This document shows, one piece after another, positions 1 through 9,905 of a stretch of DNA of 64,000 bases; position 1 is the stretch's first letter, and each line of letters opens with the position of its first letter. This stretch comes from Candidatus Cloacimonadales bacterium (GTDB taxonomy: Bacteria > Cloacimonadota > Cloacimonadia > Cloacimonadales > JAFGVF01). The position numbers and the translations under genes are program-made. The stretch is from the NCBI GenBank assembly GCA_963662585.1, contig OY759729.1:448001-512000 (forward strand), given 5' to 3'. The notes under the pieces are model-generated. The model searched no databases, was not told the origin of the DNA, and saw nothing but the letters and a program-made list of their open reading frames with translations.

Positions 1-467
1 GTATGGGTAATTTTATAGGTTCTGGTTCAAATCAATCTATGATTACTAATGATTTAGGTTATGCAGAAGGACGCTTCATAGCTGGAGATGGATATGGTAC
101 AGCAAATATCGAATTTGTCTTAGAAACTTGGCCAACAGAAAAGGCTGTCTATAATATTCTTATTGTTGATTTCCCTAAGATTGATTCCTTAGCTGCAGGA
201 ACTTATACACTTCTTCCTGATGGAATATCTTCTACCAGTATCAATGCTTATCTTAGCAGTGAGAATGCCGATTTAGAGATGGTTAAAATACTCTTTGATA
301 CTACAGATGGCAGACTTACTCAGTCAGAAGTTTTTGCTGATGCTTCAGGGGTTGCTTCCACTAATTTAATAGCACCTTTCCATGAAGCATATATTACAGT
401 TAAAGCTAGATTAGAGCTTCAACCTACTACATATAAAAGTATTAATATCAGATGCGAAAACCCTTAA
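1..467 (+). CDS. Ig-like (invasin/intimin Big_1-type) domain protein, probably 5'-truncated by window edge
   Basis: Beta-rich ORF with two 'T/ADxxGxA' motifs (ITNDLGYA, FADASGVA) and 'LLPDGISSTSINA'; no RBS or signal peptide visible. Confidence 0.55.
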   Translation, partial: MGNFIGSGSNQSMITNDLGYAEGRFIAGDGYGTANIEFVLETWPTEKAVYNILIVDFPKIDSLAAGTYTLLPDGISSTSINAYLSSENADLEMVKILFDTTDGRLTQSEVFADASGVASTNLIAPFHEAYITVKARLELQPTTYKSINIRCENP

Positions 468-904
468 TCAAGAGTGATGGTTCTATAAAGTCTATCTTTA
501 AAAGTGATCCTAAAACAAGGATTGTTAGACCCCTCTTAGGCTCTGATATTCCTGCTGGATTTCCTTCTCCAGCTCAAGATTATATCGAAGAAAGACTAGA
601 CCTCAATGAATATCTTATTAAGCATCCTTCTGCTACCTATTTTGTAAGAGTGGATGGATATTCAATGATTGAAGCGGGAATATTCCCTGACGATATTCTA
701 ATAGTCGATAGATCTTTAGAAGCAATAAACAAGAAAGTAATTATTGCCGTAATTAATGGAGAATTGACGGTTAAGCGTTTGATAATAAAAAACAATATTT
801 ACTATCTCAAGCCTGATAATCCTGAGTTTGATACGATTGAGATTTCATCTGATGACCAGTTTTCAGTTTGGGGCGTAGTAACTTATGTAATTCATAAATT
901 ATAG
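452..904 (+). CDS. umuD: DNA polymerase V autoproteolytic subunit UmuD (peptidase S24)
   Basis: IPAGFPSPAQDY cleavage region, GYSM catalytic Ser, TVKR catalytic Lys; directly upstream of umuC. Confidence 0.93.
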   Translation: MRKPLIKSDGSIKSIFKSDPKTRIVRPLLGSDIPAGFPSPAQDYIEERLDLNEYLIKHPSATYFVRVDGYSMIEAGIFPDDILIVDRSLEAINKKVIIAVINGELTVKRLIIKNNIYYLKPDNPEFDTIEISSDDQFSVWGVVTYVIHKL

Positions 905-907
905 CTT

Positions 908-2182
908 ATGAAAAACAAGCCTATCTTTGCCCTAATTGATTGCAATAATTTCTATGCTTCTTGTGAACGAGTCTTTCGTCCAGAATTAGAAGGAAAGCCA
1001 ATAGCTGTTCTCTCTAACAATGATGGATGCATAATTGCTCGTTCTCAAGAAGTTAAAGATTTAGGCATCTCTATGGGAATTCCTGCCTTCAAGAATGAGC
1101 ATCTTTTCAAAAAGCACAAAATTCATCTATTCTCCTCAAATTATACCCTCTATGCAGATATGTCAAGTCGAGTCATGGAGTGTATTGCTCAATTCTGCCC
1201 TGATATTGAAGTATACTCTATTGATGAATCTTTTGTGGAGTTAAGTAGCTTTAGAACTCGAGATTTAACAGCTTATATGCAAGAGCTTCGTCTTAAAATC
1301 CAACAAACTACTGGCATTCCTGTTTCAATTGGAATTGCCCAAACCAAGACTTTAGCCAAGATAGCCAATCATCTAGCAAAAAAAGTTAAGCAGTATAATG
1401 GGGTTTTTAATCTACTTACAGAAAGTGATATCGACCGAGTCTTAGTCAGAGTTCCTGTCGATGATGTTTGGGGTATTGGCAGACAATACTCGAAATTCTT
1501 AGTAGATAATAATATTTTCACTGCTTATGATCTTAAGTGTTCTAACGATGAGTGGGTTGATAAATATCTGACTTCAGTTGGTCACAAAACAGTATTAGAG
1601 CTAAGAGGTAAATCTTGTCTAGATTTAGATTCGTTAATTGCTCCTAAAAAAGGGATAGTAAGCTCAAAATCTTTTGGTAAGCCGGTATCAACACTGCAAG
1701 AGATGGAAGAAGCTGTGGCTACTTATACGACTACAGCAGTAAAAAAACTAAGAAATCAGAATTCTGTAGCTTCTCTCATTTCTGTCTTTATCTCCACTAA
1801 TCGTTTTAAGGAAACACCGCAGTATAACAATAATGCATCTTTTAAGTTCACTAATCCGACAGCCTATACACCTGATTTTATTGAAGTTGCTCTCCAAATA
1901 CTAAGAAGGATTTATCGTAAGGGTTTTCTCTATAAAAAAGCAGGGGTTATGATTACTGATATTACTTCTGAAGAAAATGTCCCTTATGATATTTTCCAAC
2001 CTCTTTATTTAGATACCCCTCAGAAAGATATTATGAAAATTGTTGATAAAATAAATAACACACTGGGTGAAAATACTCTCTTTTATGGCAGTTTAGGTGT
2101 TAAAAAGAAGTGGCAGATGCGAAGAAACTTATTATCTCCCAAATATACAACATCTTGGAAGGATATTCCTAAGGTTAAATAA
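908..2182 (+). CDS. umuC: Y-family DNA polymerase V catalytic subunit UmuC
   Basis: DCNNFYASCE, SNNDGC, YSIDE motifs; C-terminal WQMRRNLLSPKYTT (DUF4113-type) tail. Confidence 0.95.
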   Translation: MKNKPIFALIDCNNFYASCERVFRPELEGKPIAVLSNNDGCIIARSQEVKDLGISMGIPAFKNEHLFKKHKIHLFSSNYTLYADMSSRVMECIAQFCPDIEVYSIDESFVELSSFRTRDLTAYMQELRLKIQQTTGIPVSIGIAQTKTLAKIANHLAKKVKQYNGVFNLLTESDIDRVLVRVPVDDVWGIGRQYSKFLVDNNIFTAYDLKCSNDEWVDKYLTSVGHKTVLELRGKSCLDLDSLIAPKKGIVSSKSFGKPVSTLQEMEEAVATYTTTAVKKLRNQNSVASLISVFISTNRFKETPQYNNNASFKFTNPTAYTPDFIEVALQILRRIYRKGFLYKKAGVMITDITSEENVPYDIFQPLYLDTPQKDIMKIVDKINNTLGENTLFYGSLGVKKKWQMRRNLLSPKYTTSWKDIPKVK

Positions 2183-2209
2183 TCATGGTCAAATTTAGAC
2201 CAAAAATAT

Positions 2210-2234
2210 AGGGCGTATCTTGATACGCCCTTTC
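2210..2234. terminator. Probable bidirectional intrinsic terminator
   Basis: AGGGCGTATC-TT-GATACGCCCT hairpin between convergent umuC and aminopeptidase. Confidence 0.7.
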
Positions 2235-2250
2235 TATTTAATTCTTATAT

Positions 2251-3534
2251 TTAATTTTTATTAAATTCTTTCAACACTTCAGTCACATAATATTGATCTA
2301 AAGTGCCCATAGTCTCTCTAGTTGAGTGCATTGCAAACATTGGATTGCCGATATCAACAGTCTTGATACTAGTTGTAGCTGAGCTAACTGGGCCTATAGT
2401 TGAACCAGAAGGAATATCTGAACGATTAATCATCTTTTGATAAGGAATATCTAACTTCTTACAAATACTCATAAAGTAAGAGGCACTTTCAGAATTGGTA
2501 GCATATCTATAATTAGCACTGAATTTTACAACAGGACCCTTATTTAATTCTGGAGCATAATTGCTATCATGCTTACTAACATAGTTTGGATGAACAGCAT
2601 GAGCTTGGTCAGCAGATATTTGGAATGATCTATTGATTGCTCTAGCGTAATCTTCTGAATTTCCTCCAAGACAATAGTTAATTCTAGAAAGAATCATTTC
2701 CAAGAAGGATGAGTTGGCTCCTTGTAAAGTTTGAGAACCTATCTCTTCATTATCATAGAAAGTAGCAAGTACTGTAGCCTTATTATCTTTAGTAGCCAAG
2801 ATAGCAGTTAAGATAGCATGACACATAGCTAAATCATCTAATCTGCCAGAGGAGATTAATTCTTCATTTATTCCATAAACCAGAGTTTTCTCGAAAGGTA
2901 TAAAGAAAAGATCATAATCTAAGATATCACTAGCTTCGATTTTGCACTCTTTAGCAATTAAATTTTCTAGGTAGCTGTCTTGATCAGAGGTTCCAAGTAG
3001 TACGGGAAGTTCTGTTTGCTTGTTTATTTCTAAACCTTTATTTACATTACGATTTAAATGTATAGCTAAATTAGGAATAATTCCAATAGCTTTGTCTATA
3101 AACACATTAGTAGATTTTACTTGTCCGTCTATAAGATAAGTAACTCTTCCAGCAAGTGATAGCTCTCTATCGAACCAAGTATTGATTATCGGTCCACCAT
3201 ATACTTCTACAAATACTTTATGATAACCTTTAAATTTGGTTTCTGAGCCAACCTTAACTTTAAGAGCAGGACTATCAGTATGAGCTCCACTGATTTTAAA
3301 ACCAGATTCAGCTGGAGTTAAAGAGCCATTAATAAAGGCAATAACTGCAGAGTTATTACGAACAACAAAGTACTTACCTTGTGGTTTTAAATCCCATTTA
3401 TCACTTTCAACTAGTTTTTCAAATCCATTATTTTCTAATCTGTTAACAATCTCTTCAGTCGCTTGAAATGCAGTTGGACTCTTATCTAAGAATCCTTTCA
3501 AATCAGCTGTTAATTCTTTGTAGTTTGTCATCAT
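2251..3534 (-). CDS. apeB: M18 family aspartyl aminopeptidase
   Basis: SPTAFQA, GAHTDSP, RLDDL, DNEEIGS, AHAVHPNY, GSTIGP, AMHS motifs. Confidence 0.92.
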   Translation of the reverse strand: MMTNYKELTADLKGFLDKSPTAFQATEEIVNRLENNGFEKLVESDKWDLKPQGKYFVVRNNSAVIAFINGSLTPAESGFKISGAHTDSPALKVKVGSETKFKGYHKVFVEVYGGPIINTWFDRELSLAGRVTYLIDGQVKSTNVFIDKAIGIIPNLAIHLNRNVNKGLEINKQTELPVLLGTSDQDSYLENLIAKECKIEASDILDYDLFFIPFEKTLVYGINEELISSGRLDDLAMCHAILTAILATKDNKATVLATFYDNEEIGSQTLQGANSSFLEMILSRINYCLGGNSEDYARAINRSFQISADQAHAVHPNYVSKHDSNYAPELNKGPVVKFSANYRYATNSESASYFMSICKKLDIPYQKMINRSDIPSGSTIGPVSSATTSIKTVDIGNPMFAMHSTRETMGTLDQYYVTEVLKEFNKN

Positions 3535-3556
3535 TTGAACCCCTTATATTTTAAAA

Positions 3557-5191
3557 CTATTTCATCATTAATATTTTCTTTGTCACACTCTGATTGGCAG
3601 AATTAATTCTGGCAAAATATAATCCTGAAGGGAGTTTATCGCCATTATTATCTAATCCATTCCAGATCACACTACCATTACCACCTTTTACATCACTAGA
3701 AGAAATAGTATTAATCTTTTGTCCTCTAACATTATAGATATCTATAGAGACACTTTTGTTTTTTAAACCATGGAAATTAAAGTTTGTTTGAGAAGTAAAA
3801 GGATTTGGATAATTACTTAAAGTAAGGTTAGTAAAAGCTATTGCATCTGAAGAGTTGGATACTACTTGTCCATTACCATTAAGTGTAATATTAAGAGTTT
3901 CAGCATTGCCATTAATCTGCATTGTTGCTGAATAACCATTCACTTCTGTAGGAGTGAAAGTAACTTCAAGTAAAGCCCAATCTCCAACAGCTAAGCTTGT
4001 AGGATAATCACTTATTTGGAAAACTGGATTATTGAAGGTAATTGAAGAAATACTTAGAGTATTATCACCTTGGTTAGTAATAGGAATGAATAGCGTTGAA
4101 GTCTCATTTAATTGAGTTTCAGGGAAGCTATAATCTGCGAAAGGCACAAAAGCTTCTGGAAATCTAGGAGTTGAGATATTATGAGTAAGATTTGCAATTC
4201 TATCTAATAGCATTGGATATTCAATAAAAGGATTAGGTTTGCCCTGAATATCTTTAATCTCATCATTTCTATGAATCTCATATTGACTTACAGGATCAAC
4301 ATAATACCAGTTTCTAAGTACTTGCTGTTGGTTAGCACTGTTCAAGAAATTATTTGGATTGTTGTATCTAAGGGAGAAGTAGAATAAAGCTCGTGCTGTA
4401 TCACCCTTGTGGTCGTCTCTTGGTTCAAAAACTGTGTTTCCACCAATATCTGAACCTTTCTTAGATCCACCTTCTTGCCAACTAGCATTTGCAACGATTC
4501 CAAAAGGATAGTTACCTCTAATACTATTTGCTTGGGAATTAGTAGGAAAAAGATGATGTAAATCTGATTTGGCAACACCTTCAGCACCCATACTTTGAGG
4601 CCAAGTATGCTCGGTATTGATTAAATCCCAATTAGGTGTATTTCCTGGAGAACAAGAATACCATTCATTTGTATAAACACATCTTACTTGCCCACTTTCG
4701 TTAGCAATATAACCAAATAGCTCAACTCTAGCATCTTCATAACTAATTGAAGTGTTGTTACTTATTATAGATGTTAAAGCACTTTTTAACTCAGAATCCC
4801 ATTTGTTATAGGTTGAATTATAGCGAGAATCAGGTATTCTTCCTGAAACATTAATTTTTACTGGTAGAGAATACTCTAAATCATCAATATTAAAGAATAT
4901 TGTATGATCATAAACTATATTAGTCTCAGGAATCAAGTTAAGACTTACAGTATAACTTTGGTTTCCTGGAATTACAAAATTGGTGTTATCTAAAACAATA
5001 ATATCACTATTTTCTACTACATTTACAGTAACTTCTTGATCAGATTCATTAGTGACTGTTAAATCTACAAAACTTTCTGTATTAATATTTACTTGGCCAA
5101 AATTCACTTCAGTTTGTGATAGAGTTAAAATCTGCCCAAAGATCGACCCTACTAGCATTAATCCAACTAACACAAGATTAAATTTTTTCAT
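3557..5191 (-). CDS. Secreted endonuclease I-family nuclease with Ig-like domains and C-terminal sorting (T9SS-A/FlgD-Ig-like) domain
   Basis: Signal peptide; NTEHTWPQS, SDLHHLFPT, NSIRGNYPF, KGDTARALFY, QGKPNPFI; NYPNPF...KKILMMK terminus. Confidence 0.88.
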   Translation of the reverse strand: MKKFNLVLVGLMLVGSIFGQILTLSQTEVNFGQVNINTESFVDLTVTNESDQEVTVNVVENSDIIVLDNTNFVIPGNQSYTVSLNLIPETNIVYDHTIFFNIDDLEYSLPVKINVSGRIPDSRYNSTYNKWDSELKSALTSIISNNTSISYEDARVELFGYIANESGQVRCVYTNEWYSCSPGNTPNWDLINTEHTWPQSMGAEGVAKSDLHHLFPTNSQANSIRGNYPFGIVANASWQEGGSKKGSDIGGNTVFEPRDDHKGDTARALFYFSLRYNNPNNFLNSANQQQVLRNWYYVDPVSQYEIHRNDEIKDIQGKPNPFIEYPMLLDRIANLTHNISTPRFPEAFVPFADYSFPETQLNETSTLFIPITNQGDNTLSISSITFNNPVFQISDYPTSLAVGDWALLEVTFTPTEVNGYSATMQINGNAETLNITLNGNGQVVSNSSDAIAFTNLTLSNYPNPFTSQTNFNFHGLKNKSVSIDIYNVRGQKINTISSSDVKGGNGSVIWNGLDNNGDKLPSGLYFARINSANQSVTKKILMMK

Positions 5192-5726
5192 TTATTAACT
5201 CCGAATTATTAGTGCAACAATTATTTTCTTTTTAAATAATCTGGCAATAAAAAAATATTATTTCTCAAATTAAACTACTTTCCATTAAGATAAATTCAGT
5301 AATAAATTAACAAAATATTAATTGATGATAAGTCTTCCTAAAGTCCTCTTCCCTTGCTCCTTCTTACTTATATCAAAGCTATTTCGTATTTTCTTGCAGA
5401 TAAGTGAGGAGGAACATCGAGTGACCAAAGGCTGTGAAAAGAAGAAGAAGGATTAGCCTATAAGAAGACAAATCTAACTTTACTTGAAAGATCTAAGTAA
5501 AAGCTCTTAATGCACATTATTTTATCATAAAGATAAATCATTTAAAAGCTTATAAATAAAAAAGAGAAAATTTATATTTTTATCTCAAGATCATAATTCC
5601 ATATATTTCAACACATTACTACATAAATAAAAAAAAGTTTAAAAAATATCTTGAACAAAATGTAAAGATTTGAGATTTTGTGCTAATTATGATTAATATT
5701 AAATATTAAGCATGAAAGGAGTCGCA

Positions 5727-8030
5727 ATGCTTGAAAAAATTAGAGAAAAAGAGAAATTTATTATTTATGTTGTCGCTATTGTATTTGTGTTAGGAATGGC
5801 ACCATTAGGACTTAAGAGTCTTTTTACGCCAAAACCTTCATACGGTAAAATTAATGGTTCTACTGTCGAATTTGAAGCCTTCAATACTGGTCTTCGCAGT
5901 ACTTTTGATAATATTCAACAAATGTTGAGTAATATTAACTCAGGTGAAAATAGAATCAGTATGTTAAATGAAGAGAAAAGAGAAATTAGTTCAGAAATTA
6001 GAAAATTGAACTTCCAACTTGAAAAAGCTGTTGGTGATTCACTAAAAACTGAAGAACTAAACTATGAAATTAGTTCATTAGAAGAGAAAACTACTACTAA
6101 TGATAAAATGATTGAACAGCTCAATTCTCAAATTTCTCAACTTAAAGAGAGTTTAAAACCATATAATGTAGATTATAACCAATATAAACAAAATGGTTCA
6201 ATCTCAGATCAAGAAAGACTTCAATTAGAAGATAGAACTTGGGCTGATTTCATTGGTCAGAAAATTATCAGAGATGAGTTAGACAGTAACAGAATTAAAG
6301 TATCAAAGAAAGAGTATAATGACTTTGTCGCTGAATCATACTCATTCTTATATGATGAAAATGGAAACCTTAATAATGATATGCTTAATAGGTATTTTCA
6401 ACAAACCGGTTTGACTCCTGACCAATTTAAAGAAAACATTTATTATCAAATTAGGATTGAAAAGTTACAAGATAAAGTAACTGCTGATTCTCTTTCTACT
6501 ATGGAAGAGTTTGAAGAAGATTATCTTAAAAATAATACAAAGAGATCAGCTAAAGTATTAGCTATCCCTTCATATAGATTTAAAGTTGATTCAACTGCAG
6601 TTGTTGCAGCTGATATTGAAAAATACTATAATGAAAACAAAGATGATTATAAATTAGATGGTGCAGTTAAAATGACTCTTGCTAAGTTTGAAATCAAAGT
6701 TAGCGATGAAGATAAAGCACTTGCCTTAGATAAAATAACTAATTTATATGAACAAGTTAAAGAGAAACCTCAGACATTTGCTACTGTAGCACGCAATGAA
6801 TCAGCTGATCCTGGAACTGCTTCTCGTGGTGGTGATTTAGGTTGGTTCGGACGCGGAAGAATGGTTGCTCAATTTGATTCAGTTGCTTTCAGTATGGAAA
6901 AAGGACAAATTTCAGAACCTTTCGAAACATCTTTTGGTTATCATATAATCAAACTTGATGATATCAAAACTGAAAATGATGAAATCCAAGTCAAAGCTCG
7001 TCACATCTTAATCAAAATTGAATTAAGTAATGAAACTAGAACTCAAGTGAAAGCTAATAGTCAAAAATTTGTTGATGAAGCTAATGCTTCCAACTTTGCC
7101 ACACTTGCAGAACAGTATAATGCTGAACTCATCAATACTCCTTGGTTAGCAGCTGATGGTACAGATTTCAATAGTTCAGGAACTGAAGCTTATGACAAAG
7201 TTGCTTTCATGGCTAATTCATACTTCAATTACGGTTTCTTATCATTTACTAGAGAAGGTAAAAAACATCATATCTCCCCTATCTTTAGAGATAAAGAAGG
7301 TAACTTCTTGGTTGCTATGATTGATGAAAGAAAAGAAGATGACTATAAAGAATTAAATGACGACTTAAAGAAATCTATCCGTACTAAATTAGAAAGTGAA
7401 AAGAAAATTGAGTATGCTAACAATATGTTAGATCAATTCAATAATAACTATAAAGTTGAAGACTATGATAACTTATTAACTGACTCTCTTTTAGTTAAGA
7501 GTACACTTGATACTGTTAGAGTTAAAATTAAATTTAACGAAATTCCTAACACTACTCTTCCAAAAGATGAAGTTAATACAGATATGCTTAAAGCTGATTA
7601 TAATGCTGCTAGAAAATCATCTTTATCTGGTTTAAGATTAGTTAGAGCTGCAGGTACTTACTACTTAGTTACTCTTACTAAAGAAGATAAAGATATTGTT
7701 GCTGATATTAAAATGGCTGTTAACGAAGCTAAAAATATCAACAAAAATTCTAAGTACATGGCACCAATCAGCAACTCTGAAAAAGCTGTCGAAATTCTTT
7801 TCAATGCTCCAATGAATCAAGTTACTCCTCTTAATCTTACTGATGAAGGAAACTTTATCCTTAAAGTTATCAGTAGTACAGAAGCTGACATGGCTAAATT
7901 CAATGAGACTAAAGAAGCTGATTACGAAGCTAAAATTGAAAGAGAAAAAGAAACTGAATTTAATAAATGGTATGGTGAAAAACTAAAAGAAGCCTCAATA
8001 ATCGACAAACGATTTATGGCTATTCAATAA
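5727..8030 (+). CDS. PpiD/SurA-like membrane-anchored parvulin-type peptidyl-prolyl isomerase
   Basis: N-terminal TM helix; rotamase motif SADPGTASRGGDLGWF...F..VAF...GQISEPFETSFGYHII; start moved to ATG 5727 after AAAGGAG RBS. Confidence 0.85.
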   Translation: MLEKIREKEKFIIYVVAIVFVLGMAPLGLKSLFTPKPSYGKINGSTVEFEAFNTGLRSTFDNIQQMLSNINSGENRISMLNEEKREISSEIRKLNFQLEKAVGDSLKTEELNYEISSLEEKTTTNDKMIEQLNSQISQLKESLKPYNVDYNQYKQNGSISDQERLQLEDRTWADFIGQKIIRDELDSNRIKVSKKEYNDFVAESYSFLYDENGNLNNDMLNRYFQQTGLTPDQFKENIYYQIRIEKLQDKVTADSLSTMEEFEEDYLKNNTKRSAKVLAIPSYRFKVDSTAVVAADIEKYYNENKDDYKLDGAVKMTLAKFEIKVSDEDKALALDKITNLYEQVKEKPQTFATVARNESADPGTASRGGDLGWFGRGRMVAQFDSVAFSMEKGQISEPFETSFGYHIIKLDDIKTENDEIQVKARHILIKIELSNETRTQVKANSQKFVDEANASNFATLAEQYNAELINTPWLAADGTDFNSSGTEAYDKVAFMANSYFNYGFLSFTREGKKHHISPIFRDKEGNFLVAMIDERKEDDYKELNDDLKKSIRTKLESEKKIEYANNMLDQFNNNYKVEDYDNLLTDSLLVKSTLDTVRVKIKFNEIPNTTLPKDEVNTDMLKADYNAARKSSLSGLRLVRAAGTYYLVTLTKEDKDIVADIKMAVNEAKNINKNSKYMAPISNSEKAVEILFNAPMNQVTPLNLTDEGNFILKVISSTEADMAKFNETKEADYEAKIEREKETEFNKWYGEKLKEASIIDKRFMAIQ

Positions 8031-8039
8031 TAAACTATT

Positions 8040-8065
8040 AGCCGATGGAAACATCGGCTTTTTTT
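8040..8065 (+). terminator. Intrinsic terminator after ppiD-like gene
   Basis: AGCCGATG-GAAA-CATCGGCT followed by T run. Confidence 0.8.
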
Positions 8066-8086
8066 ATTTATAGAGGAGAATTATTT

Positions 8087-9433
8087 ATGAGTAAATTAAT
8101 GATTAGTGTTTCAGGTATTAGAGGAATTTATGGTGAGAGTTTAACCCCAGATTTAGCAGTCAAGTTTGCAGCTAAATTCGGGACTATATGTGGTAGAGGT
8201 AAAATTATTATTGGAAGAGATTCCCGCACTACAGGCGAAGCTCTCATGCATGCTATTGTTTCAGGATTACTCTCAGTAGGATGTGATGTAGTTAATTTGG
8301 GAATAGTCTCGACTCCAACAGTACTCCTTGCAGTAGAAGAATCTAATGCTATGGGTGGCTTAGCTATTACCGCTTCTCACAACCCCCAAAACTGGAATGC
8401 TTTTAAATTAGTTGATCACAATGGTATGTTCTTTTTCCCTGAAAGAGCTGAAGCCTATAAGCAATCCTTAGACACAGCTGTAGAATATGCTAGCTGGGAT
8501 AAAATGGGAAAATACTCTGAGGACTTTACAGCAACCGAAAGACATATTCAGAAAGTTTTAGATATACCCTACTTGGATATCGAACAGATTAGAGAAAAAA
8601 AATTCAAAGTTGTGCTTGATTCTGTTAATGGTGCTGGCGGATTAATCTCTCCAAAATTATTAAAAGCTCTTGGTTGTGAAGTTATTGAAATGAATAGTGA
8701 GCCAACAGGACACTTTGCTCATGTTGCTGAACCCCTAAAAGAAAATCTTACAGACCTTTGTCGTGTTGTTAAAGAAGAAAAAGCTGATATCGGCTTTGCT
8801 ACTGACCCAGATGTTGACCGCCTCGCAGTAGTCGATAATAAGGGTGATTATATCGGGGAAGAATTCTCTCTATTACTAGCAGAAAAATTTGTCTTACCTA
8901 TCAATAAAGGCGATGTTGTTTTAAATTTATCCTCCTCCATGGCCACAGATGATATAGCTAAAGAGTATGGAGTGAATGTTCATAGAACCAAAGTTGGTGA
9001 AATTAATGTAGGGAAAAAGATGAAAGAAATTAAAGCTCCAATTGGGGGTGAAGGGAACGGGGGAATTATTATTCCTGAAGTACACTACACTCGAGACGCT
9101 CCAGCTGGGATGGCTATCATTTTAGCCCTTCTCGCAAGAGAAAACCGTCCCCTCACTGAAATAGTGAATGATATCCCTCATTATTACTTCCATAAAGCTA
9201 AAATTGAAACAAAAGCTGACTTATTAGATCCTATCATAGCTAAAGCTCACCAAATCTATGCTGACTATGAAAAAGATCTACAAGACGGACTTAAAATTAT
9301 TGGAGAAGATTTCTGGATTCATATTAGAAAATCAGGAACTGAACCTATAATCAGAGTCTATGTTGAATCTCCATCAGCAGCAAGGTCTAAAGAGATTGCA
9401 GAAGATACGATTGCTAAAATTACTAATATCTAG
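8087..9433 (+). CDS. glmM: Phosphoglucosamine mutase / phosphohexomutase
   Basis: SVSGIRG, TASHNP phosphoserine loop, DPDVDR metal loop, GGEGNGG, RKSGTEP; start ATG 8087 after AGAGGAG. Confidence 0.85.
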   Translation: MSKLMISVSGIRGIYGESLTPDLAVKFAAKFGTICGRGKIIIGRDSRTTGEALMHAIVSGLLSVGCDVVNLGIVSTPTVLLAVEESNAMGGLAITASHNPQNWNAFKLVDHNGMFFFPERAEAYKQSLDTAVEYASWDKMGKYSEDFTATERHIQKVLDIPYLDIEQIREKKFKVVLDSVNGAGGLISPKLLKALGCEVIEMNSEPTGHFAHVAEPLKENLTDLCRVVKEEKADIGFATDPDVDRLAVVDNKGDYIGEEFSLLLAEKFVLPINKGDVVLNLSSSMATDDIAKEYGVNVHRTKVGEINVGKKMKEIKAPIGGEGNGGIIIPEVHYTRDAPAGMAIILALLARENRPLTEIVNDIPHYYFHKAKIETKADLLDPIIAKAHQIYADYEKDLQDGLKIIGEDFWIHIRKSGTEPIIRVYVESPSAARSKEIAEDTIAKITNI

Positions 9434-9463
9434 TTATAAATCTTAACTTAAAAAATAAAAGAA

Positions 9464-9899
9464 GGTTCTCTCTCAAGTAGAGTGGAACTAAATCTAATAG
9501 TAAATCAAGAAACTTCAAAATCTTCTTAGCTGCAGAGGCAGCGGCACATCTAAGGCTTTTTGTGTCGCTGCCTCTGCAGCTTAGGTAATTGTTTGACATC
9601 TGCTATCTACAAAGATTTCGCTCCTCTGGAGCTTAGGTAATTGTTTGACATCTGCTATCTACAAAGATTTCGCTCCTCTGGAGCTTAGGTAATTGTTTGA
9701 CATCTGCTATCTACAAAGATTTCGCTGCCTCTGCAGCTTAGGTAATTGTTTGGCATCTGTTATCTACAAAGATTTCGCTGCCTCTGCAGCTGGTAGAATG
9801 GTACATTTTTATAGTCCTGTATCTGTTGTGAACCTAGCATACTTCAAAGATACTTTTATTACTTTTTTTTCTAAGCCCCACATTACTTGAAAGAGTGCC
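9464..9899 (+). mobile_element. MITE, long copy (436 bp) with imperfect 22-bp TIRs, 8-bp target duplication and internal tandem array
   Basis: Left end GGTTCTCTCTCAAGTAGAGTGG vs reverse complement of right end GGCACTCTTTCAAGTAATGTGG (17/22); TAAAAGAA at 9456-9463 and 9900-9907; homologous copy at 25360-25548. Confidence 0.85.
9528..9791 (+). repeat. 21-bp-stem hairpin followed by tandem array of four full 52-53 bp REP-like units plus one partial unit
   Basis: Units start at 9566, 9619, 9671, 9723, 9776 (partial); consensus CGCT(G)CCTCTG(C/G)AGCTTAGGTAATTGTTTGACATCTGCTATCTACAAAGATTT; inverted arm at 9528-9548. Confidence 0.95.
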
Positions 9900-9905
9900 T
9901 AAAAG

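Noticed and set aside
8045..8086. N-terminal extension of GlmM in the ORF track (also 5712-5726 and 55457-55495 for their genes)
   Set aside because: The extensions run through a terminator hairpin or the RBS; downstream ATGs have clear Shine-Dalgarno sequences.
9566..9791. CRISPR array
   Set aside because: Sequences between hairpins are near-identical rather than unique spacers, no cas genes are in the window, and the array sits inside a TIR/TSD-bounded element.
9693..9890. 65-aa ORF and its apparent paralog at 25369-25590
   Set aside because: The similarity arises because both overlap the same MITE; starts differ and there is no RBS or protein-like features.
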